Shown here piece after piece: positions 18,274-29,366 of a stretch of 37,588 nucleotides of DNA (its first letter is position 1; each line of letters opens with the position of its first letter). The notes beneath the pieces were generated by a model, which was not told the DNA's origin, did no database searches, and saw only the letters and a program-made list of their open reading frames with translations. The DNA lies in the IMG/VR virus record IMGVR_UViG_3300025534_000019, positions 1-37,588 of that record; one strand, written 5' to 3'. Made by a program: the position numbers and the translations under genes. Source of the DNA: a virus. Its lineage: Duplodnaviria; Caudoviricetes.

Positions 18274-20411
18274 ATTCGTTTAAATACGCCGCACCAGTTG
18301 TTTCGTCATTAGGCGTTTCACTCGAAGAGTTAGCTGCGGCGACTGGGATAATGGCAGATGTTGGAATACGTGGTGAGCAAGCGGGCACAACGCTTCGCGG
18401 CGGTTTAGTTCAGTTGTTAAAGCCGGCGGAAAAAACCGCAAAAATGATGGAATCGATGGGCATACAGGTGACGGACGCGAACGGCAAATTCATCGGCCTT
18501 GCCGGTGTAATACGCGAGTTTCAAGAATCGATGAAAGGCATGACCGATACGCAAAAACTCGCGACGCTTTCGCAAATTGTCGGAACAGAAGCGGCTAGTG
18601 GTTTCTTGGCGCTCATGAAAGCAGGACCGTCCGAAATCGAAAAAATGACGAAAGCGCTCGAAAATAGTGGCGGCGCGTCAAAAGAAGCCGCAGAACAAAT
18701 GATGGGCGGAATTGGCGGCGCACTGGAAGAATTGAGTGGTGCGTTTGAAACGTTATCCATAATGATCGGTAGTCAATTAGCGCCTTACATTCAAGCGTTC
18801 GCAACGTGGCTTAGCGGATTAATACAACGCTTTAACGAAGCTAGTCCTGCCGTTCAAAAATTTGTTGCGATTGGATTGGCGTTAACCGCAGGCTTAACCG
18901 GTCTTATTGCGGTACTTGGAGCGGTTGCAGCCAGTATCGGATTTATGATAACGGGAATTATGCCGTTAATTTCGGCTATTGCGCAAGCTGGCGGGGTAAC
19001 TGCGTTATTGTCAAGCGCATTAGCGTTTTTGTCGAATCCGATTACATTGACAATCGCTGGAATAACTGCGCTTGTCGCGGCTTTTGCTTTCGCTTACTCA
19101 CAATTCGAAGGTTTCCGTAACGTCATTAATAGCGTTTTTTCAACTTTGATGACATTCGTTCAGCCAGCGTTAACAGCGGTCACGACATTTATCCGTGAAC
19201 AAATAACGGCGCTGTCTGAGTGGTGGCGACAAATATGGCCTGACTTGTCACTCGCGTTTATGAATATTTGGAATGGTATTGTCGCGTTTATTACGCCGAT
19301 TTTAAACACAATTCTTGCGCTGTTTAAATTCGTGTGGCCCGCAGTTGAGTATATCGTCAAATCCGTATGGGAAAACATAAAAGGCGTGATTGAAGGCGCA
19401 ATCGCTGTTATAACCGGCATCATTCAAGCGTTCTCTGCGTTGTTTACAGGTGACTGGGACGCGCTTTGGAATGCGATAAAACAAATTATTTCTGGCGCAA
19501 TTGAATTCGTTTGGAACTTGTTCAATTTATTGCTTTACGGTCGTTTGTTAAAAGCTGGAACAGCGTTACTAAACGGGTTAAAAGCAGTTTTTTCCGCAGG
19601 GTGGAACGCAATAAAAACAAACACAAGTAAAGTATTCACGTCAATATGGAATTTTCTAAAAAACATATGGAATAGTACGGTTAATTTTTTTAAAAATACT
19701 CTAAACGGTATTCGTGCAACATTTATGAACGTTTTTAACGCAGTACGTTCGTTCGTTTCAAATGTTTTTTCAAACATACGAACAATTATTTCAAACGCTA
19801 TTAAGTCGATTAAAGATTTCGTTAGTAGCGGACTTGATAATATTCGCAAATTTTTCACTGATACTTTTGATAAAGTTGTAAGTTTTTTGAAAGGAATAGA
19901 TTTAGTATCAGTCGGTAAAGACATTATTTCTGGTCTAGTACGCGGTCTATCCTCAATGGCAGGTGCGGTTATTAGCGCAGTTGCAGATGTTGCTGGAAAA
20001 ATAAAAGACAAATTCCTTTCATTTTTCGGCATACACTCGCCGTCTCGTCTTATGCGCGATGAGGTCGGTAAATATTTGCCGTTGGGTCTTATCGCGGGCA
20101 TTCAACGAATGAAAAATGACGTAATTAGCGCAGCCGAACAAATGGCTAAATGGGCAACGCCTGACGTACCAAGAATGTCGCTTGCTTACTCGACACCTAC
20201 AGGCGTTTATGGTTCGCTATCTAGCGCAGTAAACGGAACAGTCAACGTTGATTCGCGCGACGAAATACTAGCGGCTGCGATTGATCGGTTAGAACGGTCA
20301 CTTGACGGTATGACAATTGTAATGGACGGAGAACGTGTCGGTCATCTTGTTCGCGGATATGTAAACGAAGGAAATGCGGTTGATGCTACGATAAGGAGGT
20401 ATTTCGGTTAA
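18274..20411 (+). CDS. tape measure protein, exon 2 (spliced product 905 aa)
   Basis: GIRGEQAGTTLR, Trp/Phe helical repeats, GIHSPSR. Confidence 0.92.
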
Positions 20412-20995
20412 TGGACGTTGAAATAACGAAACAAAACGGAAAGACATTTAAATTAAGCGACTATGATATAGTCGTTCGTGATTTTGTCGTCGGATCAATC
20501 GAAATACTTCCGACATATAACGAAATAGAAGGGCGTCACGGGCGTGTTAATATGGGAGCTACTTACGGCGCACGGGCAATTAGCGTGCCTTTTTACTTTA
20601 AAGCGAATGATCTACTCGACTTTCCGTTGCTTCGCGACTTATTGTTCGAGTTGACGGTAGACACTGAACCATTTTATATTCGTGAATTGCGACGTGGCAT
20701 TTTTCAAACCGGCGACAATAAGTATGTCGGAGGCAAACGGTATTTAGTACGGTTGGCAAGTTCGTTCGATATTGAACAAACGTATAAATACGGGTTTGGT
20801 GAGTTGTCGTTTGAAACAACCGATCTACCATTCGCCGAATCCGTCGGCACAACACAAGACATTCAAGAAAACGGAATTAACGCCGATGACGAGTTGTGGG
20901 GGTTCGGTATGGGGTTGATCGAGGAAATGGGAGATGTCGAATATGTGCCTACAAGTTGGTATCATGTCGGGTCTAAGAAATGGAGTGAGATCTAA
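20411..20995 (+). CDS. distal tail protein (Dit), N-terminal part
   Basis: Follows TMP; IEGRHG, ETTDLPFAES motifs typical of siphophage tail-family Dit. Confidence 0.8.
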   Translation: MDVEITKQNGKTFKLSDYDIVVRDFVVGSIEILPTYNEIEGRHGRVNMGATYGARAISVPFYFKANDLLDFPLLRDLLFELTVDTEPFYIRELRRGIFQTGDNKYVGGKRYLVRLASSFDIEQTYKYGFGELSFETTDLPFAESVGTTQDIQENGINADDELWGFGMGLIEEMGDVEYVPTSWYHVGSKKWSEI

Positions 20996-21705
20996 TGGCT
21001 TCTTATACACCGAATTATAACTTGTATTTACCAAACGAAAATGATGATATAGGAGTTGCTCAATCGCTAAGTGATAACTTTTCTAAGATAGATACACAAA
21101 TAAAAAATAGGGCGAGCGAAATCGGAATCTTATCGAATTTGACAACAACATCAAAAAGTAATTTAGTCTCTGCAATTAATGAGCATGACAGCGAGATTGG
21201 CAATTTATCGTCACTTACAACATCGAATAAGTCAACGGTGGTAACAGCAATTAACGAAGTGAAAGGAAAAGCGGACGCAAACGAAACTAATATTGGAACG
21301 TTATCAAATTTAACAACGACAAATAAAAATAGTTTAGTTGAAGCGGTTAACGAGGTTCAAGGGGAAGTTAATACAAATACAACGAACATTGGAAATCTAT
21401 CTAGTCTAAATACAAGTGATAAAGCAAGTATTGTTAACGCAATAAACGAAGTGAACAACAAGCTATTAGGAATCGCGAAAGGAACATTCACAACTTCCGG
21501 AGATGGAGCGGCAACGACCGTGAATATCGCACACGGATTAGGTGTTGTACCGGCATTTTATCAAGTGCAAGAAGCAAGCGCAGACGCTGGAACTGCCGAT
21601 ATTAGTTTCGTTACCGCCGACGCTACAAATATTACAGTTACATTCAAAACGGCGCTTCCGGCAGGTACGAATAATATAACGCTTGTTTGGAGAGCGGAAT
21701 TATGA
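20995..21705 (+). CDS. tail fibre-like protein with four IGxLSxLxTxxKxxxVxA(I/V)NE repeats
   Basis: N-terminal TPNYNLYLP...D; four repeats; C-terminal IAHGLG..P domain. Confidence 0.7.
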   Translation: MASYTPNYNLYLPNENDDIGVAQSLSDNFSKIDTQIKNRASEIGILSNLTTTSKSNLVSAINEHDSEIGNLSSLTTSNKSTVVTAINEVKGKADANETNIGTLSNLTTTNKNSLVEAVNEVQGEVNTNTTNIGNLSSLNTSDKASIVNAINEVNNKLLGIAKGTFTTSGDGAATTVNIAHGLGVVPAFYQVQEASADAGTADISFVTADATNITVTFKTALPAGTNNITLVWRAEL

Positions 21706-22088
21706 CGACATGGGCAGAATTTGCAAGATTGAAACAAACAATGTACACAGTTTATGATAAAACTTCTTTTCGTGTGTACAACGCTGGAAACGTGCCGATT
21801 CATCCGTTCCAACAAGATTTAAAGATTACGATTAAACAAGTTATAGGCTCGACTGGCTATTTTGAGTTACGCAATATTACAAACGGAACGGTTTTCCGTG
21901 TAAACGAAGCTGTTTCTGATACGCAAACAATCGTTTTAGACGGTCCGAATATCACATCAAATGGACTTAATTTTTTACGAAAAACGAATAAGGGGTTTAT
22001 CGAGTTGTCGCCGGGTTGGAATGATTTTCAAATTTATGGCGCTAGTAGAGCGACTATAGAATTTGACTTTAGGTTTTATTACTTATAA
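21702..22088 (+). CDS. distal tail protein (Dit), C-terminal part
   Basis: FRVYNAGNVPIHP...FIELSPGWNDF...FDFRFYY, the usual Dit C-terminus; ATGA coupling. Confidence 0.8.
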   Translation: MTTWAEFARLKQTMYTVYDKTSFRVYNAGNVPIHPFQQDLKITIKQVIGSTGYFELRNITNGTVFRVNEAVSDTQTIVLDGPNITSNGLNFLRKTNKGFIELSPGWNDFQIYGASRATIEFDFRFYYL

Positions 22089-22096
22089 CAGGAGGG

Positions 22097-24490
22097 ATGT
22101 CAATGGCACGAAGAGATATCGGAACTAGATGGGATCGAGAAAACCGAAACAATATAAACGAAAATTTTAGAGAATTGTATGACGTACAAGACAGAGCGAT
22201 TGAAGAAGCGACGCAAGCAGTTATTGACAGCGCAAAGCTGTTATGGCTTGAGCCCGTTAAAACTTTTACGGATATTACAACGACCTACCCCAATCCAGAA
22301 GTAGGTCATACGGTTTTCGTTAGGGATACCGGCAAAGTTTATCGTTTTTATGACGGGGCTTGGATGGAAATACAGCAAATTGATGCGGGGCCTGTGAATG
22401 AAGTAGATACGAGATTGAGCGCGGAAATTGAAGAAAATAGACAAGAGATCGAACAAGCGAGAACAAAAGCGGATGGGACGACGTTTCCAGTTTTGCGGGA
22501 TAGATTGAACGATGTCGATGATCAAATTGGAATTCTATCGAATAAATTAATCAATGTTGTGAGCGTAAACAAAATTCAAGGTTCAACAGATGATACGACT
22601 ACCATTGAGAATGCTGTTAATCAGTTGGATGGAACAAGATTAAATATATTGCGATTTGAGAAGAACGATTGGATTGTCAAAAGAAAAATAAATATACCTG
22701 TATCGAACGTGATTATCGATTTTAATAACTCAACAATCACATGGGATGGTACAGGCGAAGATAGTATCTATACAGGTGTATTTCAATTTTTAGGTCAAAA
22801 AACAACGACATCAACAACAATTTCTGTCGATGAACCAGAAAAGACGAATACCATTACAGTAGTGGATGCTAGTATATTTACTGTTGGCGACTATATTCAT
22901 ATCAAAACACCTCCAGGAGCAACTGACCCGAAAGACATTTATAATTCTTATTTTACAAGAATCGATAAAATAGTTGGTAACACCCTTTACGTTGACTATC
23001 AAAAACGATTAGGAGCCACCGCCTCTCTAGGTGTAACTGTTACAAAGGTCAATCCAGTCCAAAATATTGTTATTAAAAATGCTCATTTCGTCGCAAAAAA
23101 TCAAACTGCTCGAACAAATGGAATGGGTGGGTTATATCTTGCATATGCAACAAACGTTTTAATTGAAAACACTTCTTTTAAGGGGTTTTGGTTCAAAGGT
23201 GTAAAAACCTTATATTGCACGGATGTTTATATCAAGAATATTGTAGTTCGAGACCCTGCTGCAACAGGTGGTGGGGAAGGGTACGGAATACAATTTGAAA
23301 ATTCACATAAGTGTAAAGTAGAGAATGGTCGCTTTCATAACGTCCGACATGGAACAGATGCAACCGCATCTTCATGGATTGTATTTCAAGATTGTATAAC
23401 AACGAACGGAAAGTCTGTTTCATATAGTTTACACAAAGCATATGAGTACGAGATTCGATATTTGAATTGTCATAGTATCGCAGACGAAAGCGGTGGTTTC
23501 GCTCTTGGAGGATTAAACACAGGATTTGCGGACATATCAGATAACATCTATTTGGATAATTGCACTGTTACCGAGGCAACTGGTTACGGGCTTCAAGCAA
23601 CAGGAAAAGGAGAAAACTTGTATATCAATAACTGTTCTTTTTCGTTGAAAAATGGAGTTGTGGGACATGCGTTTTCAGTCACTCAAAACAACACTTACAT
23701 CAATAATTGTGCGTTTAACGGTTCTTTAACCGTTTCAAATATCACAGGAGCTAAAAATGATGGTGTTGTACAGATTTCAAATGTAAAACTAATCCAACAG
23801 TCAAACAATCGAGCTTTACGCTTAATTGGTAACGTGAAAGTTACTATTGAAAACTCATTCATTTTAGGCAAAACAGATATAGATGAAAATGTTGAACTTA
23901 CCATTATCAACTCGAAAATTAAAACGATTGGTGAAGATGGGCTTTTTAATTACACAGGAACAACATCTGATAATATTATAATGAGTTTAATTAATTGTGA
24001 TGTAGAAGTGACAGGGACAGGGTCTACTACTTATACATGGAAAGGTAAAAAGATAAGATTTATTGGTTGCAAATTTACTAATCAAAGTACAAGACCGTTT
24101 TACATGAACAACAAAGTTACTGAAGTTTTTAACTCAACAGGTATTTTGCGAATGATTATTAGTGCAATCGCAAACTTTGAAATGACGTTGAAAGATAATA
24201 ACTTTAATGACGGTCAAATATCAAGGGTATTGGATATTTTAAACTCAACAGGAGATTTATATATCATTGACAATATCATTAAAATGCTCGACCAAACTTA
24301 TAATGCGATTGTTGCTTCAACAGGAAATACGTTAAATACTAAACTTATCGGGAATCGTATTGTAGGTAACGTAGCACTGGATGGTTCTACTAAAGGTATT
24401 TTCAAAAATAATGACATTACAGGAACAACAGTAACACTACCAGCATCAAGTGCAAGTATAATCGTAGGCGACAATCTAATTAATGTGTAA
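22097..24490 (+). CDS. receptor-binding tailspike with right-handed beta-helix (pectate lyase-like, putative depolymerase)
   Basis: N-terminal anchor RNNINENFRELY, DDTTTIENA, Asn/Ile-rich beta-helix repeats (GYGIQF, RHG). Confidence 0.8.
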   Translation: MSMARRDIGTRWDRENRNNINENFRELYDVQDRAIEEATQAVIDSAKLLWLEPVKTFTDITTTYPNPEVGHTVFVRDTGKVYRFYDGAWMEIQQIDAGPVNEVDTRLSAEIEENRQEIEQARTKADGTTFPVLRDRLNDVDDQIGILSNKLINVVSVNKIQGSTDDTTTIENAVNQLDGTRLNILRFEKNDWIVKRKINIPVSNVIIDFNNSTITWDGTGEDSIYTGVFQFLGQKTTTSTTISVDEPEKTNTITVVDASIFTVGDYIHIKTPPGATDPKDIYNSYFTRIDKIVGNTLYVDYQKRLGATASLGVTVTKVNPVQNIVIKNAHFVAKNQTARTNGMGGLYLAYATNVLIENTSFKGFWFKGVKTLYCTDVYIKNIVVRDPAATGGGEGYGIQFENSHKCKVENGRFHNVRHGTDATASSWIVFQDCITTNGKSVSYSLHKAYEYEIRYLNCHSIADESGGFALGGLNTGFADISDNIYLDNCTVTEATGYGLQATGKGENLYINNCSFSLKNGVVGHAFSVTQNNTYINNCAFNGSLTVSNITGAKNDGVVQISNVKLIQQSNNRALRLIGNVKVTIENSFILGKTDIDENVELTIINSKIKTIGEDGLFNYTGTTSDNIIMSLINCDVEVTGTGSTTYTWKGKKIRFIGCKFTNQSTRPFYMNNKVTEVFNSTGILRMIISAIANFEMTLKDNNFNDGQISRVLDILNSTGDLYIIDNIIKMLDQTYNAIVASTGNTLNTKLIGNRIVGNVALDGSTKGIFKNNDITGTTVTLPASSASIIVGDNLINV

Positions 24491-24563
24491 ATGCATAAAA
24501 CGATATTTTTCTGATAATTTAATGCCTCTCTAAAGAATAAAACTACAAAAATTTTCTTCTTTA

Positions 24564-24572
24564 TGCTATTAT
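24564..24572 (+). promoter_or_regulatory. putative extended -10 sigmaA promoter of the acyltransferase
   Basis: TGcTATTAT in AT-rich intergenic DNA upstream of RBS GGGAGG. Confidence 0.45.
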
Positions 24573-24603
24573 ACTAACAGAAAATCGGGAGGGAGGTTAT
24601 TTT

Positions 24604-25200
24604 TTGAGTAGGGTTCTGCGTGGAATTCATAAATTTATCGGGATGGTATTAGGGTTTGTTATTTCACCTTTTTTTATCATTGGCGGTTTTTACGCATCTT
24701 TCTTGGGAAGGTTTGCGGATTTCAATATGATACTTGCTTATGTCCCTTTTTATCTAGGAGAATATTTGCGTTATTTTTATTATAAAGCTCTTTTGAAAAA
24801 AGTAGGGAAAAACGTTGTTTTTAAGTATGGGAGTTATTGTCAATATCGGGAAGCAGAAATTGGTAACAATTGTTTAATAGGCTATTTTAATGCGATCGGT
24901 CTTGTAAAAATGGGGGATGATGTTTTAGTTGGTGGTTATGTAAATTTCACATCGGGGCTAAGGCAACATTCTTTTTCAGACCCGACCAAAAAAATTCATG
25001 AACAACCCGGACGGAGAAGATTAATTGTTATTGGTTCTGATTCATGGATTGGTAATAACTCAGTAATCTGTGCAAGTATTGGAGAACGAACGGTAATAGG
25101 TGCGGGTTCTTTGGTTGTAAAAGATTTGGAAGGATATGGCGTTTATGTTGGATCACCAGCAAAACTAGTTAAGAAATTGGATGGTCATAAGGTATCCTAA
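24604..25200 (+). CDS. hexapeptide-repeat (LbH) O-acetyltransferase
   Basis: IGNNCLIG, IVIGSDSWIG, IGERTVIGAGSLVVKD, VGSPAK; hydrophobic N-terminus. Confidence 0.88.
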   Translation: MSRVLRGIHKFIGMVLGFVISPFFIIGGFYASFLGRFADFNMILAYVPFYLGEYLRYFYYKALLKKVGKNVVFKYGSYCQYREAEIGNNCLIGYFNAIGLVKMGDDVLVGGYVNFTSGLRQHSFSDPTKKIHEQPGRRRLIVIGSDSWIGNNSVICASIGERTVIGAGSLVVKDLEGYGVYVGSPAKLVKKLDGHKVS

Positions 25201-25300
25201 AAAATAAAATGACGCTTTTAACTAAAAATTAGAAAACTGTATAGTGTAAGTAATAATTTTACGAATATAAGCATCAATTGAACAGGAACTAGTCGTTTAT

Positions 25301-25336
25301 AAGAAGTCGCTCAACTCCGTTTGGGTGGCTTCTTTT
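25301..25336 (+). terminator. terminator-like hairpin closing the acyltransferase unit
   Basis: AAGAAGTCGCTCAA-ctccgt-TTGGGTGGCTTCTT plus Ts. Confidence 0.6.
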
Positions 25337-25353
25337 CCTTTGGAGGTGAATCT

Positions 25354-27636
25354 ATGTACGTAAGAGATTTGGAAGGAAACGAGTACCCAGCGCAAGCAAC
25401 GTCAACAAAAGAGTTAGAACTCAACGGCAACCAATCGTTTTCAGCAGTGTTTGTCGCAAACAAAGTAAACGATCTTTTTATCGATAGTATTGACCGCATG
25501 TGGGAAGTCGTTGACCACGACGGAGTTACTCATAAAATCATATATGTGAAAAAGCAAGGAAAAGGGAATCGTCTGACAGTCGAAGTCAAGGCGGTTCCTT
25601 TATTTTTTGACAAATTCGATACAATGCGTATTTACACGGAATACAACGAACATATGACGGCACGTGAGTTTTTCTCGCTTGTTTTCGCCAATACTGGTTT
25701 TGATTTTGTTCTTGTCGATTCGTTTGCGGCTGTAGAATGGGAAGGGTTGGGCGGCGGAGAAACACGTTTGTCAATGTTTAAAAAAGGTCTCGAACGCTAT
25801 AAATGCGAGTTTCGTATCGTCGGAAATACCGTCTATTTGGAATCACAAATCGGTCGCGACACGGGTTTTATGTACCGACACCGCCTGAACGCTTCAAATA
25901 TCGTGCAGGAAAACGATGCAAGCGAGTTTTACACGTATGCAAAAGGGTACGGCGACTATTCGGACGAAGATGGTTGGCAGTGGGCAAATTTGATTCGTGA
26001 GTATACGTCTCCACTTTCGCAAATTCCCGGAATCGGCATCCGTGAAGCACCGCCGATTATGGACGGACGAATAACGCAAGCCGAGACGATGGACGAACAA
26101 CTTAAAACACTTGTTGACGAATCGTTGAAAATTAGCGTTTCAGCCGATATTCACGACTTAAGACGGCAGGGTTATGCGTTGGCGCAGCCGGAATTGGGTG
26201 ATCGAGTTTTCTTAATTGATGAACGAATTGGTCTTGACACGGAAGTTCGTGTCGTTCAAATTTCGATCACAAAGGATTGGCAAGGCAACGTCATTGACTT
26301 AAAACTAACGTTCGGCACACCGTCTATTACAAAGCGTTATCAATCGAACATACAGACGGCAGTTGAACGTGTAAACGAAATTATGGAAGGTCGTACAAAG
26401 ATACCGTTTTCCGTACTTGATAATGCGGTCATTAAAGCGACAAAAGAACTGCAAGGCGTAATGAGCGAATTGAAAGTGCCGCCAAATGGCGGACTTATGG
26501 CGGTTGATAAAAATGATCCGAACAAAATTGTCGTGTTTAACGCAGCCGGAATCGGTATTTCTGATGATGGCGGACAGACGTTCCGAACAGCAATGACGGG
26601 TTCTGGAATCGTGGCGGACGTAATTACCGCCGGAACATTGCGAGGAATTACGATAATATCGGATGACGGACAAGGAAATTCAGTGACGATTGAATCCGGG
26701 TCTTTGATTAGTAGAATTACTAATCGGGACATGATTAAAATTCACAATTATGAGATTTATTTTTATGATCCGGGAGATGCATCGCCGTCTCCCGATTACG
26801 GAGTAGTCGCAACGTTAAGTTCGTCTTGGAAGGATGATAATACTAATGCAAGAGGATTCGGTATTGTTGGATACAAGGATTACTTTTATGTAGGACTTGG
26901 GGAAAGCGATACAAAAGCTAAGAGTTTTTTTGAAATTAATTTTTCTGATTCTAGGACTTATTTGTACGGCGAAGGTCGTGACGAGAAAACAATTGGTCGT
27001 CTCGATCTGCATTCTGTTAGATCGGGGGCGTATAATTACCAAACGTCTAAAATTTCGATAGAAAATAATTATTATGACAATACCCGTTGGGGCGGTGTTT
27101 TTGTCTACACCGGGCGCGGTACAGAATCTCCGGGAGCGAATAAACGTTTCGGATTTGAAGTTTGGCAATATGACGGTAGTGGCGGTTTAAATCAACATCT
27201 CATAATAGACGGAGGAAGTAATGGGAAATCTTACACAGGTATTTATACTGACGAAGCGTGGCTTCCTAGCCAATCATACCTAAAATATAAGAACGGATAT
27301 TATTATAATGCGCTAGGCATCGGTATTGATTCTAATGTTAGTAATTTGAGAGGTTCATTAAACGGAAACGCTTTGTTGTTTGTTGATATTTGGGATTTTA
27401 ATGTTGACCCAAATGTGCGATACCAATCTGGTCGCTATAATATGAGCGGAGCTGAAAATATCTTTGCTGTTTTTGTGCAACCAATGGGCGGTAGTTCGGT
27501 TTTTTACAATGCAAGAGCATATAACATCTCTAATACAGGTTTTGATGTGTATGTTGCGAAAAACGATGCTTCTGATACGCCGAGCGCAACGCGAATTCAA
27601 TTACAACTTATTATTATTTATGAACCAAGTGCATAG
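25354..27636 (+). CDS. tail-associated protein / baseplate hub (Tal, prophage endopeptidase tail family)
   Basis: RBS GGAGGTG then ATG; TYAKGYG, LGDRVFLID, GIGISDDGGQTFRTAMTGSGIVAD. Confidence 0.85.
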   Translation: MYVRDLEGNEYPAQATSTKELELNGNQSFSAVFVANKVNDLFIDSIDRMWEVVDHDGVTHKIIYVKKQGKGNRLTVEVKAVPLFFDKFDTMRIYTEYNEHMTAREFFSLVFANTGFDFVLVDSFAAVEWEGLGGGETRLSMFKKGLERYKCEFRIVGNTVYLESQIGRDTGFMYRHRLNASNIVQENDASEFYTYAKGYGDYSDEDGWQWANLIREYTSPLSQIPGIGIREAPPIMDGRITQAETMDEQLKTLVDESLKISVSADIHDLRRQGYALAQPELGDRVFLIDERIGLDTEVRVVQISITKDWQGNVIDLKLTFGTPSITKRYQSNIQTAVERVNEIMEGRTKIPFSVLDNAVIKATKELQGVMSELKVPPNGGLMAVDKNDPNKIVVFNAAGIGISDDGGQTFRTAMTGSGIVADVITAGTLRGITIISDDGQGNSVTIESGSLISRITNRDMIKIHNYEIYFYDPGDASPSPDYGVVATLSSSWKDDNTNARGFGIVGYKDYFYVGLGESDTKAKSFFEINFSDSRTYLYGEGRDEKTIGRLDLHSVRSGAYNYQTSKISIENNYYDNTRWGGVFVYTGRGTESPGANKRFGFEVWQYDGSGGLNQHLIIDGGSNGKSYTGIYTDEAWLPSQSYLKYKNGYYYNALGIGIDSNVSNLRGSLNGNALLFVDIWDFNVDPNVRYQSGRYNMSGAENIFAVFVQPMGGSSVFYNARAYNISNTGFDVYVAKNDASDTPSATRIQLQLIIIYEPSA

Positions 27637-27648
27637 GAGGTAGGTGTC

Positions 27649-27732
27649 GTGAACGTAAAAGAGCAAAAACCTATTTCAATCGTCTTGGATGAAGAAAAAC
27701 AACATAAACAAGCGGAAGCGCCAAAAAATTAA
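27649..27732 (+). CDS. possible 27-aa peptide
   Basis: AGGAGGT RBS, GTG start, read manually. Confidence 0.4.
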   Translation: MNVKEQKPISIVLDEEKQHKQAEAPKN

Positions 27733-27758
27733 AATAATATTGAGAAAGAGGGGTAAGG

Positions 27759-27968
27759 ATGGAAAAAGCGAATCATAACGCCGAATATATTATTTTTTCG
27801 TACCAAAACCAATTGGCAGAAGCAAGTATGAAAATTGCGGAAAGGGATTCGAAAATTACTGAATTATTTCAAGAAAACGAACAGATGAAGAAAGATTTGC
27901 AGGAAAGAGAAAAAGAAATTGCAGAACTAAAAAGGAAAGTGGAAGAGTTAGAGAAGAAAGGAGAATAA
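27759..27968 (+). CDS. small coiled-coil hypothetical protein
   Basis: 69-aa ORF with RBS. Confidence 0.65.
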   Translation: MEKANHNAEYIIFSYQNQLAEASMKIAERDSKITELFQENEQMKKDLQEREKEIAELKRKVEELEKKGE

Positions 27969-27970
27969 GC

Positions 27971-28375
27971 GTGGAAACCATCATTAAATACGTTTCAGCC
28001 GGAATCGGAGCAGTTATCTCATTTGCGTTTGGGGGATGGCATACATTGTTAAGTATCTTACTAGCATTCGTCATACTAGATTATGTATCAGGATTTTTTG
28101 CATCAGGAATTGAAGGAAAATTGAACAGCAGCATTGGCATGAGAGGGATCGTCAAAAAAGTGGCGGTCTTTTTTGTTGTTGCTGTGGCTCACATGATGGA
28201 CGTTGCGCTCGGTTACGACGGTCATATTTTGCGTGATGCAACGATCTTTTTCTTTTTGGCAAACGAAGCGCTGTCTATCCTAGAAAACGCCGGTAGAATC
28301 GGTGTTCCGGTTCCGGGAGCGCTCAAAAAAGCTATCGATATTTTGAATGAAAAAAGTGAAGGGGGCGGCAAGTAA
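27971..28375 (+). CDS. holin (phage holin 4 / toxin secretion family)
   Basis: Transmembrane segments, [17 protein letters not shown]. Confidence 0.9.
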   Translation: METIIKYVSAGIGAVISFAFGGWHTLLSILLAFVILDYVSGFFASGIEGKLNSSIGMRGIVKKVAVFFVVAVAHMMDVALGYDGHILRDATIFFFLANEALSILENAGRIGVPVPGALKKAIDILNEKSEGGGK

Positions 28376-29337
28376 TGGGTTATATCGTTGATTTATCGCA
28401 TCACCAAGACCCGAAAAAGATCAATTACGACACTTTCGCGAAACAACTCGATTTTGCGATTATTCGCACACAGTATGGTTACAAAACGGTTGACCGCGCA
28501 TATAAAACACATCACGCTGAATTACGCAAACGGGGCGTACCAACCGCAGCTTACGCATGGGTACGTGGAGTTTCCGTGTCTGACATGGAAGTGGAAGCCA
28601 CTGATTTTTATAACCGGACGAAGGATTTAAATCCGACATTTTGGTTTTTAGACGTTGAAGAAGAAAGCATGAAGGATATGCGTGGCGGCGTTAAAGCGTA
28701 TGTGAAGAAGTTACGTCAACTCGGAGCGAAAAAGGTTGGCGTATATATTGCCCATCATTTGTACGAGAAATTCAACTTAGACATGAGTGACTTTGACGCT
28801 GTTTGGATTCCTCGTTATGGAACAAACAACGGAAAACCACAAACAAAACCAGCCTATCCATGTGATTTATGGCAATATACAAGCGTTGGGCGACTTGATG
28901 GGTACAACGGAGATCTGGACTTGAATATGATTATTAGTGATAAAAAGCTGGAATATTTTACAGAGGGAACGAAAAGCGCAGCACCGGTAAAAAAAGTTAA
29001 TTCTGCAAAAAGTAGTACTAAAAAGACAACATCATCAGTCTCAGTATATACAGTCAAAAAAGGCGATACCCTTTCAGAAATTGCTCAAAAATATGGAACG
29101 ACTGTGAATGAATTGGTTAAACTGAACAACATTAAAAATCCAAATCTCATTTATCCTGGGCAAAAGATAAAATTAAAAGGGTCAGCTTCAAAAGCTATTT
29201 ATCACACCGTCAAAAAAGGGGATACTGTTTCTGAATTAGCTATTAAATATGGCAGCACCATCGCACAAATTAAATCCTGGAACAAACTTAAAGACGTAAA
29301 CAAAATTTACGTTGGTCAAAAATTGCGAGTGAAATAA
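28375..29337 (+). CDS. endolysin: GH25 muramidase with two LysM domains
   Basis: VDLSHHQ, LDVEE, WQYTS, DLDLN; [10 protein letters not shown] and [10 protein letters not shown]. Confidence 0.95.
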   Translation: MGYIVDLSHHQDPKKINYDTFAKQLDFAIIRTQYGYKTVDRAYKTHHAELRKRGVPTAAYAWVRGVSVSDMEVEATDFYNRTKDLNPTFWFLDVEEESMKDMRGGVKAYVKKLRQLGAKKVGVYIAHHLYEKFNLDMSDFDAVWIPRYGTNNGKPQTKPAYPCDLWQYTSVGRLDGYNGDLDLNMIISDKKLEYFTEGTKSAAPVKKVNSAKSSTKKTTSSVSVYTVKKGDTLSEIAQKYGTTVNELVKLNNIKNPNLIYPGQKIKLKGSASKAIYHTVKKGDTVSELAIKYGSTIAQIKSWNKLKDVNKIYVGQKLRVK

Positions 29338-29341
29338 AAAT

Positions 29342-29366
29342 AGCACGGTCATCAGACCGTGCTTTT
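29342..29366. terminator. probable bidirectional terminator
   Basis: AGCACGGTC-atca-GACCGTGCT with flanking A and T runs between convergent genes. Confidence 0.7.

Noticed and set aside
14129-20101. Long antisense ORFs (e.g. 14129-14662, 14903-15400, 16205-16702, 17256-17777, 19535-20101)
   Set aside because: Shadows of structural genes; no RBS or recognisable motifs.
21100-21460. Diversity-generating retroelement template/variable repeats in tail genes
   Set aside because: Repeats are degenerate protein-level repeats; no reverse transcriptase or adenine-specific variation seen.
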